Under the pieces are notes generated by a model. It searched no databases, was not told the DNA's origin, and worked only from the letters and a program-made list of their open reading frames with translations. Both the position numbers and the translations under genes were made by a program. Positions 28,234-36,605 of a stretch of 64,000 bases of DNA are shown here, piece by piece. This DNA is from Polaromonas sp. (lineage in GTDB: Bacteria; Pseudomonadota; Gammaproteobacteria; Burkholderiales; Burkholderiaceae_C). The DNA is taken from the NCBI GenBank assembly GCA_043766985.1, contig JAYUHM010000234.1:2494-66493 (forward strand), written 5' to 3'. The stretch's first letter is position 1. Every line of letters begins with the position of its first letter.

Positions 28234-30096
28234 TTAAACTGCCAGCGCTTCTTCATGGGTTTTGGCAAAGCGGGCGCTGTTGGCGGCTGCTTTGAACGGC
28301 TCCATGCCTACGCGGCGCAGGGTGTCGATGAAGGTTTCGTAGGCCGCGTGGGCGCTAGCAGACTCTTTGACCACACGTTGCTTTTTGTACTCGGTAAGCA
28401 CGGCGTCTATCACTTCCACCACTTCGGCAGCGCTGAACGACGGGCCCACCACTTTGCCCGCTACGGGCGCACCGCTCAGGGCAGAACCGTCGGAGCCGCC
28501 CAAGGTAATTTGGTACCACTCTTTGCCGTCCTTATCGACACCCAAGATGCCAATATGGCCGCTGTGGTGGTGGCCGCAGGAGTTGATGCAACCACTCATG
28601 TGCAGGTCAATCTGCCCCAGGTCGTCCAGCTCGTCCAGGTCTTGGTAGCGGGCGGTGATAGCTTCAGCTATCGGCAGGCTGCGGGCATTGGCCAGGGCGC
28701 AAAAATCACCGCCGGGGCAGGCGATCATGTCGCTCAGCAAGTGGATGTTGGGTTTGGCAAAACCCGCCTTGCGCGCAGCCAGCCACAGGGCGGGCAGTTG
28801 GTCGCAGTTCACCCAAGGCAGCAGCAGGTTTTGGTCATGGGTAACGCGCACTTCTCCTTCGCTGAACTGGTCCGCCAGATCGGCTGCGGCCAGCAGTTGC
28901 TCGGCAGTGGCGTCGCCGGGGGCGTAGCACAGGCGTTTAAACGACAGCGTGACGGCGCGCAGGTTGGGGTTGGCGTGCGCGGTAACGTTGCGGGTGATCC
29001 AGCGGGTGAACTCGGTGTCGTCTTCAGCGGCGGCTTTGAGCACGTTGCTCACCTTGGCAGCTACTTTATCAATAGCTGGCTGTGCACACTCTGCATGGGC
29101 TGGTGGCACAAAAGAGGCTGCAACGCGATCAAACTCGGCCTGGGTGATGGTGTGCGGCGCGCCGTCGTCCTTGAGGATGCGGGCAAACTCGGCCTCGACA
29201 TCGTCAATGTACTTTTGGCCTTCGGCCTTGACCAAAATCTTGATGCGTGCTTTGTAGATGTTGTCACGACGGCCGTACAGGTTGTAGACGCGGATGATGG
29301 CCTCGGAGTAATTGAGAATTTGGTTCCACGGCAAAAACTCCCGTACCACGGTGCCGATGATGGGCGTGCGGCCCATGCCGCCGCCCACTAGCACTTTAAA
29401 GCCAATGTCACCAGGAGCGACACCTTGCGCCGGGTCACCCTCTGTAGCGCGCACCAGATGCAAGCCCACGTCGTGCCACGCGGTGGCAGCGCGGTCTTCT
29501 TTAGCGCCTGTTACGGCAAACTTGAACTTGCGCGGCAGAAATGCAAACTCAGGGTGCAGGGTGCTCCACTGGCGCAAGATTTCGCAAAACGGGCGCGGGT
29601 CGGCAATCTCGTCCACAGCAATACCGGCCAGCTCGTCGCTGGTGATGTTGCGGATGCAGTTGCCGCTGGTTTGAATGCCGTGCATGTTGACGCTGGCCAG
29701 CAAGTCCATCACATCGGCGCTTTTGTCCAAAGGAATCCAGTTGAACTGCACGTTTTGGCGGGTAGTGAAGTGGCCGTAACCCTTGGTGAGCTGAACGCCT
29801 TTGCCTGAGAGTTTGGCTTGGCCATCGACAGCGGCTTTGAACACCTCGTTCGAGGGTTGGTCGTATTCCGCCGCTATTTTGGCCATTACGCGCAGTTGCG
29901 CGGCCGACATTTCGCCATAAGGCACGGCCACACGTAGCATGGGCGCGTAGCGCTGCACGTACCAGCCGTTTTGCAGGCGCAGGGGGCGAAACTCGTCATC
30001 GCCCAGCTTGCCTGCCAGGTTACGTTCAAGCTGGTCGCGGTACTGCGCGGCGCGTTGTTTAACGAACTGTTTGTCGAAGTCGGTGTATTGGTACAT
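28234..30096 (-). CDS. cysI: Sulfite reductase hemoprotein (nitrite/sulfite reductase family)
   Basis: 620-aa ORF with siroheme/4Fe-4S cysteines (ACPGGDFC ... MSGCINSCGHHH) and two NIR_SIR ferredoxin-like repeats. Confidence 0.85.
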   Translation of the reverse strand: MYQYTDFDKQFVKQRAAQYRDQLERNLAGKLGDDEFRPLRLQNGWYVQRYAPMLRVAVPYGEMSAAQLRVMAKIAAEYDQPSNEVFKAAVDGQAKLSGKGVQLTKGYGHFTTRQNVQFNWIPLDKSADVMDLLASVNMHGIQTSGNCIRNITSDELAGIAVDEIADPRPFCEILRQWSTLHPEFAFLPRKFKFAVTGAKEDRAATAWHDVGLHLVRATEGDPAQGVAPGDIGFKVLVGGGMGRTPIIGTVVREFLPWNQILNYSEAIIRVYNLYGRRDNIYKARIKILVKAEGQKYIDDVEAEFARILKDDGAPHTITQAEFDRVAASFVPPAHAECAQPAIDKVAAKVSNVLKAAAEDDTEFTRWITRNVTAHANPNLRAVTLSFKRLCYAPGDATAEQLLAAADLADQFSEGEVRVTHDQNLLLPWVNCDQLPALWLAARKAGFAKPNIHLLSDMIACPGGDFCALANARSLPIAEAITARYQDLDELDDLGQIDLHMSGCINSCGHHHSGHIGILGVDKDGKEWYQITLGGSDGSALSGAPVAGKVVGPSFSAAEVVEVIDAVLTEYKKQRVVKESASAHAAYETFIDTLRRVGMEPFKAAANSARFAKTHEEALAV

Positions 30097-30120
30097 GGTT
30101 GGTTTCTTTTAATCAGTTGA

Positions 30121-30151
30121 GGACAGAGCAACGCTTTGCGTTGGTCTGTCC
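30121..30151. other. Intercistronic stem-loop between tauE-like and cysI genes
   Basis: GGACAGAGCAACGC-TTT-GCGTTGGTCTGTCC, a 14-bp stem with one mismatch and no U-tract. Confidence 0.5.
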
Positions 30152-30161
30152 CGCAAGGTAT

Positions 30162-30962
30162 TCAAATTGCAATCAGCTTGATGCCAGCGTAGGCCAGCAA
30201 GAAAGACAATAAGGAGCGCAAAGCGCGCTCAGGCACTTTGGAGCTGAACTGGGTGCCCAGCCAAATGCCCGGTAGCGACCCGACCAGCAGTTTGGCCAGC
30301 AAGGCCCAGTCTACCGAGCCTATGGACGCATGGCCCAAGCCGGCCACCAGTGTCAAGGGCACGGCATAGGCCAGATCAGCTGCCACAATGCGCGGCAGGG
30401 GCAGGGCGGGGTAGAGCAGCATCAGCACCGTCACGCCAATCGCGCCAGCGCCTACCGAGGTAACGGACACCAGCGCACCAATCAGCGCGCCAAACAGCAC
30501 CGGCAGTGCCCAATGGCGCGGCCGCGTGGCATGGGCCAGCTGCGCAGCGCTCAGGTTGCGTGGGCCAGCCTTGCCTTTGATGGCTTTGTACAGCGTGGCC
30601 AAAGCAGTAAGCAGCAGCGCAAAGCCCAGGGTAGTGGTCATCAGCTTTTGAACGGCGGGGTCGGTGGTGCCTACGCTGTGCAGCAGGTAAATGGAGGTGA
30701 GCGCGGCGGGGATGGAGCCAGCGCACAGCAGGCCCACAATGCGCCAGTCCACAGTTTTGCTACGGGCCAGATTGATGGTGCCGCCCAGCTTGGTGAACGC
30801 GGCAAACAGCAAGTCGGTACCAATGGCGAGATACGGCTTGATACCAAAACCAAAAATCAAAATAGGCGTCATCAGGGAACCGCCGCCCACACCTGTCAGG
30901 CCCACGACAAGCCCAACGACAAAACCTGCAAAAACAAAAGCAAAATCAATCATGGAACGCAC
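30162..30962 (-). CDS. TauE/SafE-family sulfite/anion exporter-like membrane protein
   Basis: 266-aa ORF with about 8 TM helices and the typical GVGGGSLMTP N-terminal motif. Confidence 0.8.
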   Translation of the reverse strand: MRSMIDFAFVFAGFVVGLVVGLTGVGGGSLMTPILIFGFGIKPYLAIGTDLLFAAFTKLGGTINLARSKTVDWRIVGLLCAGSIPAALTSIYLLHSVGTTDPAVQKLMTTTLGFALLLTALATLYKAIKGKAGPRNLSAAQLAHATRPRHWALPVLFGALIGALVSVTSVGAGAIGVTVLMLLYPALPLPRIVAADLAYAVPLTLVAGLGHASIGSVDWALLAKLLVGSLPGIWLGTQFSSKVPERALRSLLSFLLAYAGIKLIAI

Positions 30963-31007
30963 TGTATTCGCCCTCTGTACAAAACCAAACTACTTTTTTG
31001 TTGGTGA

Positions 31008-31021
31008 CTTATGCGCATAAG
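31008..31021. promoter_or_regulatory. Perfect 14-bp palindrome upstream of the cys operon
   Basis: CTTATGCGCATAAG lies 46 nt upstream of the tauE-like start in the divergent intergenic region. It is a candidate regulator site, but no cognate regulator was identified. Confidence 0.35.
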
Positions 31022-31208
31022 CATATTCACCAGTGTTTATGCGGGTTTGCGGGGGTACGGCTGGTTTTTCCCGGTGCCACCGGTGCGGCCAGCTTGACGC
31101 GCGCGGCCACACAGGTAGGATGGTGCCTGAACGTGATGCCGATGTGACTGCCCGCCAGTCGGTAGACGCTATAAAATAGATAGTTGTAACAATCCTAAAC
31201 CCGAGCAG

Positions 31209-31811
31209 ATGCCCCCAAGCCCCACGGACGGATACCAGCATACCCAGCCAATGGACTGGCAGCCAGCCCCCACGGCGGGACAGGGCATTGCTGCGCCGGC
31301 CACTGGCGCGCAAATGCAGGCCAACCATTTTGATGCAACCCAGCCGCTGGACTGGGAGCAACAAGCCCTGGTACCCGACTACGACCAGGTGATTGCCGCC
31401 ATGGCTACGGGTGAGGTGGTCGTCGAGCCCGACCACACCGGCCGCCGCCGGGTGCTGGTCGTAGACGACGACGTGACCGCGCGCATGTACCTGCGTGCCA
31501 AGCTGTGCTTGATGGACCATGTAGATGTGTACGAGGCAGCCAGCGGCGATGAGGCAGTGCAGATCAGCCAATTTACCCCTTTTGACGGCGTGCTGCTGGA
31601 CGTCAATATGACTGGCCAAGACGGCTACGCGGTGTGCCGCGCCATCAAGCGCAACAGCCGAAGCCTGGGCTCCAAGCCGCCCAAAATTTATATCGTTACC
31701 AGTCGCAGTGGGGTGGTTGAGCGCCTGCGCGCTACCCTGGCGGGCGCTGACGCCTTTATGTCCAAGCCGCCGCACCCCGCGCACTTGAATGCGCTGCTGG
31801 CATCGCTGTAG
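31209..31811 (+). CDS. Stand-alone response regulator (receiver domain with a Pro/Gln-rich N-terminal extension)
   Basis: The receiver carries all key residues: VVDDD, LLDVNM (phospho-acceptor Asp), IVTS and MSKP. Confidence 0.75.
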   Translation: MPPSPTDGYQHTQPMDWQPAPTAGQGIAAPATGAQMQANHFDATQPLDWEQQALVPDYDQVIAAMATGEVVVEPDHTGRRRVLVVDDDVTARMYLRAKLCLMDHVDVYEAASGDEAVQISQFTPFDGVLLDVNMTGQDGYAVCRAIKRNSRSLGSKPPKIYIVTSRSGVVERLRATLAGADAFMSKPPHPAHLNALLASL

Positions 31812-31868
31812 CTTTTTTAGCGACTTGGCCGTGCAGTTTTTCGCGCAATTGCACTTATCATTACTGCA

Positions 31869-32633
31869 ATGGTGAAACGCATATTTATTCGGGTTGTGGG
31901 CTTTACAGGCGCCGAGCGCCATGCCCTCAATACGGTATTCAGGCTTTCGCAAGAACCTCAATCAGGCCGTAGTTTTAGCTTCGAGCCGTGGCTACCGGGC
32001 AACCCGGAAACAGCCAGCTTGGCACTGATCGACGGCGCCAACGGGTCTGCATCGCAAGAGCTGACTGACCTGCACCACAACCATGGCATGGGCTTGATTT
32101 GGGTGGGCGCCGTATCGCCCTCCAAAGCCTGGCGCACGTTTCGCCGCCCGCTGCGCTGGCCCGAGGTACTGACCGCCATGGACATGTACTTTGAGCCAAA
32201 AACCGAGCCTGATTATCAACAGACCGATGCCGCACTGCCTGCGCAGACGGACAACGCCACCGAGCCCGCCGCATGGCCAGCCGCTGGCACCGGCAACCGC
32301 GCTTTGGTGGCCGATCCAGACCCCCAAGCGCGCCTTTACCTGCGCAGCGCATTGGCCTCAATGGGTGTTACCCACGTAGATGAAGCCTCCAGCGTGGCCG
32401 AAACCCAGGCCTTACTGGGCCAACACGGTTACCAATTGGTCAGCGTTGACCTTGACCTGCCCGACGTTAGCCCGTGGCTCGCCCTGGACGCGGCCCACTT
32501 GGCCCCGCTACGCATAGTGACCGGCCAGAGCATCAGTTTGCGCACCAGGTTCAAAGCCAAAATGCATGACTGCATCGCCATGCAAAAGCCATTGGATACT
32601 GACAAGTTAGGTGATTTGCTACTAAATTTATAG
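31869..32633 (+). CDS. Response-regulator-like protein (N-terminal pseudo-receiver plus C-terminal receiver domain)
   Basis: The C-terminal half has LVADPDP, VSVDLDLP, IVTG and MQKP motifs. The N-terminal ~120 aa are receiver-like but lack the acidic pocket. The last codons and stop lie in a copy of the dispersed repeat. Confidence 0.6.
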   Translation: MVKRIFIRVVGFTGAERHALNTVFRLSQEPQSGRSFSFEPWLPGNPETASLALIDGANGSASQELTDLHHNHGMGLIWVGAVSPSKAWRTFRRPLRWPEVLTAMDMYFEPKTEPDYQQTDAALPAQTDNATEPAAWPAAGTGNRALVADPDPQARLYLRSALASMGVTHVDEASSVAETQALLGQHGYQLVSVDLDLPDVSPWLALDAAHLAPLRIVTGQSISLRTRFKAKMHDCIAMQKPLDTDKLGDLLLNL

Positions 32634-32668
32634 CTTACTGTGCCCTGCTCTATTGGGCTTTTGGCATA
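32624..32668 (+). repeat. Dispersed repeat, copy C (stop codon and 3' flank of the second response-regulator gene)
   Basis: AAATTTATAGCTTACTGTGCCCTGCTCTATTGGGCTTTTGGCATA. Confidence 0.65.
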
Positions 32669-32685
32669 AACGATAGAGAAATACG

Positions 32686-33132
32686 TCAAAACTCTCCTGC
32701 CAGCAACTCCCAAAGCCCCACGGCGTGCACAACGCCAATGCCAAGGCAGATCAACGAGCTGATGACGACAAAGCCTGTGCTGTGGCTGCGCTGTGGCACC
32801 AGCAAGAGCGCAAAACCCGCTATGCCGCGCAGCAAATACACGGCGGTGACTAAACTGAGGACGATTTTGTAGCCGGGTAGCGGTGCAAGTACCCCAAAGT
32901 CTGCCACCGAGAGCGCATAAGCCGCCCATACTGCCAACACCACGGCAATACCGAAAGTGACCACATCGTGCCAGCCATGCCCTTGCTCGGCGGCGTGGAC
33001 AAACTTCTTGCCTGCGCCAAAAAATTGGTACCACTTGGCACCGCCTGCAATGATGGCGATGTGCAGCACAGACGCCGTGGCGCTCAAGACAGCGCCGTAG
33101 AAGAATGCGTCGCTTTGGGGGCCGTGGGACAT
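32686..33132 (-). CDS. Hypothetical membrane protein (4 TM)
   Basis: 148-aa hydrophobic ORF, last gene of the DCC-SDR cluster. No family recognised. Confidence 0.5.
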   Translation of the reverse strand: MSHGPQSDAFFYGAVLSATASVLHIAIIAGGAKWYQFFGAGKKFVHAAEQGHGWHDVVTFGIAVVLAVWAAYALSVADFGVLAPLPGYKIVLSLVTAVYLLRGIAGFALLLVPQRSHSTGFVVISSLICLGIGVVHAVGLWELLAGEF

Positions 33133-33148
33133 GGTGAGTTCAACTTCT

Positions 33149-34039
33149 TTAGATTGCTACACTTGTAATAGCTGCTCGTGCTACATTCTGTTGGGCTAGC
33201 AAGGGTTTTGGCATATGACGCAACCAGTATAAGGCTTCGTTGCAATCGGTCGTGCCACCGGCTTGCAACATGCGCATGGTGTCGACGCTGACCACGGTTT
33301 GCGGCAAATAGGCTGCGGCAAGGGCGCTGAGTTTCATCAACCACCAGGGTAGCGGTAGCCACAGCGCGGCGCCTTTGCCAGCGGCGTGGCGGTAGCGTGC
33401 CAGCATCTCGCGGTAAGTCATGTCTTCTGGCCCGGCCAGCTCGATGGTGCGGCGCAGGGCTTTGGGGTGTTCGCAAATGCGGGTGACGGCTTCGGCCACG
33501 TCTTGCACTTGCATGGGCGCCAACTGAGATGCGCCGGGGTGCAGCAAGCCGGGCAGGGCGATGATGGGCAGCTTGGCCAGCCATTGCAGTAGCTGGGTGC
33601 TGGGGCATTGCGCGTCGGCTACCAGGCCGGGGCGCACGATGGCGTAGTCCACCGGGCTGGCCTGCAAGGCTTGCTCGCACGCCAACTTGCTGGCGGTGTA
33701 TTTGCCAGGTATGCCGCCCCCCATACCCAGGCCAGACAAGTGCACAATGCGCGCCACCCGCTCGGTGGCGCAGGCGGCAAACAAGGCCGTGGGCGCTTTT
33801 ACGTAGACGGCATCAAAGGTGTTGCCGCCGCGCTCTATCAAAATGCCCGCAGCGTTAACGACAATATCGGCCCCGCGCACAATGGCTGCAAACAGCTCTG
33901 GCGTGTTGTCGTAGCGGTAGTCCACCACCACATCGCAGTTTTTGCGGCCCGCGGTAACTACCTGGTGGCCGTGGCTGCGTAGCTCTGCGGCAATAGCGCG
34001 GCCCAACAGGCCTGCACCGCCAAAGACGATGACTTTCAT
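33149..34039 (-). CDS. NAD(P)H-binding atypical SDR (NDUFA9/YbjT-like)
   Basis: Rossmann motif MKVIVFGGAGLLGRAI; 296 aa. The C-terminal ~20 codons are encoded by a copy of the dispersed repeat. Confidence 0.75.
   Translation of the reverse strand: MKVIVFGGAGLLGRAIAAELRSHGHQVVTAGRKNCDVVVDYRYDNTPELFAAIVRGADIVVNAAGILIERGGNTFDAVYVKAPTALFAACATERVARIVHLSGLGMGGGIPGKYTASKLACEQALQASPVDYAIVRPGLVADAQCPSTQLLQWLAKLPIIALPGLLHPGASQLAPMQVQDVAEAVTRICEHPKALRRTIELAGPEDMTYREMLARYRHAAGKGAALWLPLPWWLMKLSALAAAYLPQTVVSVDTMRMLQAGGTTDCNEALYWLRHMPKPLLAQQNVARAAITSVAI
33165..33214 (+). repeat. Dispersed repeat, copy D (C-terminal codons of the SDR gene)
   Basis: GTAATAGCTGCTCGTGCTACATTCTGTTGGGCTAGCAAGGGTTTTGGCATA. It is 29/32 identical to copy F over the core and is read on the gene strand as LLAQQNVARAAITSVAI-stop. 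Confidence 0.8.
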
Positions 34040-34090
34040 GATGTGCTCCTTGCGTTAAAAAGCGGGTACATTTAGCCAGCGTTGGGTGCG

Positions 34091-34465
34091 TCAAGCCTGC
34101 AAGGCGTAGAGCACCAGCAGGGTGATTGCGAAAAATGCAATCCACGACAGGTGCTTGCCGCGCGATGCAATCAACGCGACTGCGCCGTGCATAAAAAAGG
34201 TGATGCCTATGACCAAGCCGATAGCGTAGGGTGTGGCGCTGCCCAAGGCCAGCAGTGCCAGTACCGCCGCAAAACCCAGCCACGCTACAGAGGTGATGTG
34301 CCAGGCAAAGCGCAGTGTGCGTCCCGCAAATTCGCTTCCACCCACTACCTTGGGCAAGTCGTTGCGTTTAAAAAGGCGCTTGAGCAGGTAGCGCTCGCCC
34401 AAATACGAGTGCGCCATGCACACCAAAACCACCAGAGCGGCTGCGATAGAAAGGGCGATGGTCAT
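34091..34465 (-). CDS. Hypothetical membrane protein (4 TM)
   Basis: 124-aa hydrophobic ORF abutting the DCC gene (stop/start contiguous at 34465/34466). Confidence 0.5.
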   Translation of the reverse strand: MTIALSIAAALVVLVCMAHSYLGERYLLKRLFKRNDLPKVVGGSEFAGRTLRFAWHITSVAWLGFAAVLALLALGSATPYAIGLVIGITFFMHGAVALIASRGKHLSWIAFFAITLLVLYALQA

Positions 34466-34936
34466 TTAAGATTCTCCTTGAGTGGGGTGGGTCGTTGTGT
34501 TGCAGGTGCCCTCAGCGCAGGCTTGCGAGCGCCGGTGTGCGCGCAAGGCGGCGATGCGGATGAGCAGGGGGCCGAGAGCCGCGGAGACGCCGTAGCGATT
34601 GCGCGCAAACACTTTGTAGGCTGCGTCAAACGCGGGCTTGAGCAGCGGCCAGCCCGTGGGCGCGGCCAAGTGCCCCAAGCCTACTGCGCCATAGGCCAAG
34701 CGAAACACCTCTACGCCAATCACCAGTGATCCATCGGGCCGGGCAGCGTGGATCAATCCGTTCATGGCCTCCAGCGTGGCGCCGTAGGGTGTGGGGTCAA
34801 ACAACGGCGCCGAGATATCTACAAACTGCAACTGGCCAGCGGTGTTGCGCGCCTTCAGGTTGTCCATTTCCAGATTGCAAACCGGGCATGCGCCGTCGAA
34901 CAGCAGGGTGAGAGGGAAGTTGCTAGTCATACACAT
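34466..34936 (-). CDS. Thiol-disulfide oxidoreductase DCC-family protein (DUF393)
   Basis: N-terminal LLFDGACPVCNLEM motif (DxxCxxC) characteristic of the DCC family. Confidence 0.8.
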   Translation of the reverse strand: MCMTSNFPLTLLFDGACPVCNLEMDNLKARNTAGQLQFVDISAPLFDPTPYGATLEAMNGLIHAARPDGSLVIGVEVFRLAYGAVGLGHLAAPTGWPLLKPAFDAAYKVFARNRYGVSAALGPLLIRIAALRAHRRSQACAEGTCNTTTHPTQGES

Positions 34937-34958
34937 GTTCCTTTGTTTTTTATTACTG

Positions 34959-34982
34959 TTATTTCAGTCTAAACAGAAATAA
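34959..34982. promoter_or_regulatory. Candidate GbsR/MarR operator X1
   Basis: TTATTTCAGTCTAAACAGAAATAA, an inverted repeat TTATTTC-N10-GAAATAA, lies 23 nt upstream of the DCC start. It is 20/24 identical to site X2. Confidence 0.55.
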
Positions 34983-35002
34983 ATGATTAAAAAAATGCCG
35001 TA

Positions 35003-35611
35003 TCAAGGCCCAATCACCGAGCCCATGGCTTGCATATCGGCTTGGGCTTTGCTGGTTTTTTTGCCAGCGGCGGCGTCTGCGGGCGGTGCCTCCCCGCGTA
35101 TCAGTTTTTGAATTTTGGCGCCCAGTTTTAGCACCTTGGTCAGGGTCTCGGTGTCCAGGCGCAGCATCTCGTCGCTCCACACCGTCATGGTCTGCAGCAT
35201 GGTCAGCATCTCGCGCATACGGTTGGCGCGCTCCACGCCGTCCAGCATGATCTCGGGGTGGTTCAGCAGTTCGCGCAGCATGTCAATCGTGGGCATGATC
35301 TCGCGCTCTTTCCGCTCGCGCACCACCGTGCGCGACAGCTCCCAAATATCGGTGCTGGCCTCAAAATGGTCGCGCCGGTCACCCATCACATGCACCAGCT
35401 TCACCAGGTTCCACGCCTTCAGCTCGCTGATCGAATTGCTCACATTGCTACGCGCCACACCCAGCGTGTCGGCTATCTCGTCTGCAGGCAGCGGCTTGCC
35501 AGTCAGGTACAGCAGCGCATGGATCTGCGCCACCGTGCGGTTAACGCCCCAGCGCGTGCCCATCTCTCCCCAGTGGAGGATGAATTTTTGGCTGGTTTGG
35601 CTGAGCTGCAT
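35003..35611 (-). CDS. GbsR/MarR-family transcriptional regulator
   Basis: Winged-helix region (QIHALLYLTGKPLPADEIADTLGVARSNVSNSISELKAWNLV). The ATG at 35611 is preferred; the track start at 35665 is a TTG lying inside the operator. Confidence 0.75.
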   Translation of the reverse strand: MQLSQTSQKFILHWGEMGTRWGVNRTVAQIHALLYLTGKPLPADEIADTLGVARSNVSNSISELKAWNLVKLVHVMGDRRDHFEASTDIWELSRTVVRERKEREIMPTIDMLRELLNHPEIMLDGVERANRMREMLTMLQTMTVWSDEMLRLDTETLTKVLKLGAKIQKLIRGEAPPADAAAGKKTSKAQADMQAMGSVIGP

Positions 35612-35652
35612 GGTTTTTGGCTGTCTCTTGGGTATGAATATAATTCCGTCTT

Positions 35653-35676
35653 TTATTTCTGTCAATAGAGAAATAA
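35653..35676. promoter_or_regulatory. Candidate GbsR/MarR operator X2
   Basis: TTATTTCTGTCAATAGAGAAATAA, with perfect 8-bp arms, lies in the divergent region between the regulator gene and the DUF2867 gene. Confidence 0.55.
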
Positions 35677-35742
35677 AAGAAATACAATGTGCTCAACACC
35701 ATCTGGCCCAGGTTGCTTTCAGTACCCTCTTCAGGACAAGCC

Positions 35743-36264
35743 ATGACCGTTATGACATGCGACATTCCCTCCACCAGCGTGCTAGACCGCCGTTGGGTGG
35801 AAGCGGCTTATTTTCGAGATGCCTACCGCGCACCGCTGCACCACACGCAGGCCAGAGTGGTTGATATTTTTATGGCCATCTTCGCGCATCACCCCCTGTG
35901 GATGAAGTCCATTTTGATAGTCCGCAACCGAATCGCCTCCGTCTGCGGGCTAGACGCGCCCACAGCGGTTGAAATCCTGCATCCACAATTCAAGACCAGC
36001 TACGCGATCGGCGACAAGATTGGCGTATGGCCCATCTTTGCGTTGACTGCGACCGAACTGGTCGCAGGCCGTGACAACAAGCACCTGGACTTCAGGCTCT
36101 CGGTGTTAAAAGTAAGGCAGGGCGAGACGACCAGCGTGGTTGTCTCTACGGTCTGCAGCGTACACAACGTGTTTGGCAAAATCTATCTATTCTTCATCGT
36201 GCCGTTTCACAAATGGGGTGTACGGTGGTTGATTGCTCAGGCCATCAAGGCAGGGCGGCTATAG
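35743..36264 (+). CDS. DUF2867 domain protein
   Basis: The region YFRDAYRAPL...IFAHHPLWMKSILIVRN is typical of DUF2867, a domain often fused or adjacent to NAD(P)-binding SDRs. The ATG at 35743 has AGGA upstream. Confidence 0.65.
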   Translation: MTVMTCDIPSTSVLDRRWVEAAYFRDAYRAPLHHTQARVVDIFMAIFAHHPLWMKSILIVRNRIASVCGLDAPTAVEILHPQFKTSYAIGDKIGVWPIFALTATELVAGRDNKHLDFRLSVLKVRQGETTSVVVSTVCSVHNVFGKIYLFFIVPFHKWGVRWLIAQAIKAGRL

Positions 36265-36269
36265 TGTTT

Positions 36270-36289
36270 TACAAATATCATAATTTGTA
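36270..36289. promoter_or_regulatory. Inverted repeat upstream of the antitoxin gene (candidate autoregulatory operator)
   Basis: TACAAAT-ATCATA-ATTTGTA, 14 nt upstream of the antitoxin start. Confidence 0.4.
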
Positions 36290-36302
36290 GTACGCTGAGT
36301 AG

Positions 36303-36596
36303 ATGATGAGTGCTGCAGCAACCAACAACGACCAATTCCTCAGCCTGCGCCTGGGCGCAAGCGACTCTGCGCTCATGCAGCAGTTGCATGAGCGCATGGG
36401 GCTGAGCAAGACGGATATTGTGAAACACGCCTTGCGCCAGCTGGCCATCAGCACCGAGGCGCAGGCGGATGTGAGCTTGTACGATTTGGGTAAACCCATC
36501 TTTGGTAAGCATGGCGATGCATCGCGTCAGTCGGCAGACATCAAGTCTGTGGTGCGCGAGCGGCTGGCCGCCAAGCGCCTCGTTAACGCACTGTAA
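36303..36596 (+). CDS. Type II antitoxin, ribbon-helix-helix (VapB-like)
   Basis: 97-aa ORF whose N-terminal LSLRLGASDSALMQQLHERMGLSKTDIVKHALRQL is RHH-like. It sits immediately upstream of a PIN gene. Confidence 0.7.
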   Translation: MMSAAATNNDQFLSLRLGASDSALMQQLHERMGLSKTDIVKHALRQLAISTEAQADVSLYDLGKPIFGKHGDASRQSADIKSVVRERLAAKRLVNAL

Positions 36597-36605
36597 GCGC
36601 CGCGC

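Noticed and set aside
28255-29391. 378-aa ORF antisense to cysI
   Set aside because: It has shadow-ORF composition (Gly/Ala/Val/Arg-rich, no motifs), and the opposite strand encodes a clear sulfite reductase.
30990-31961. 323-aa minus-strand ORF spanning the cys/response-regulator intergenic region
   Set aside because: It is antisense to two response-regulator genes with intact receiver motifs, and its composition is His/Arg-rich and non-protein-like.
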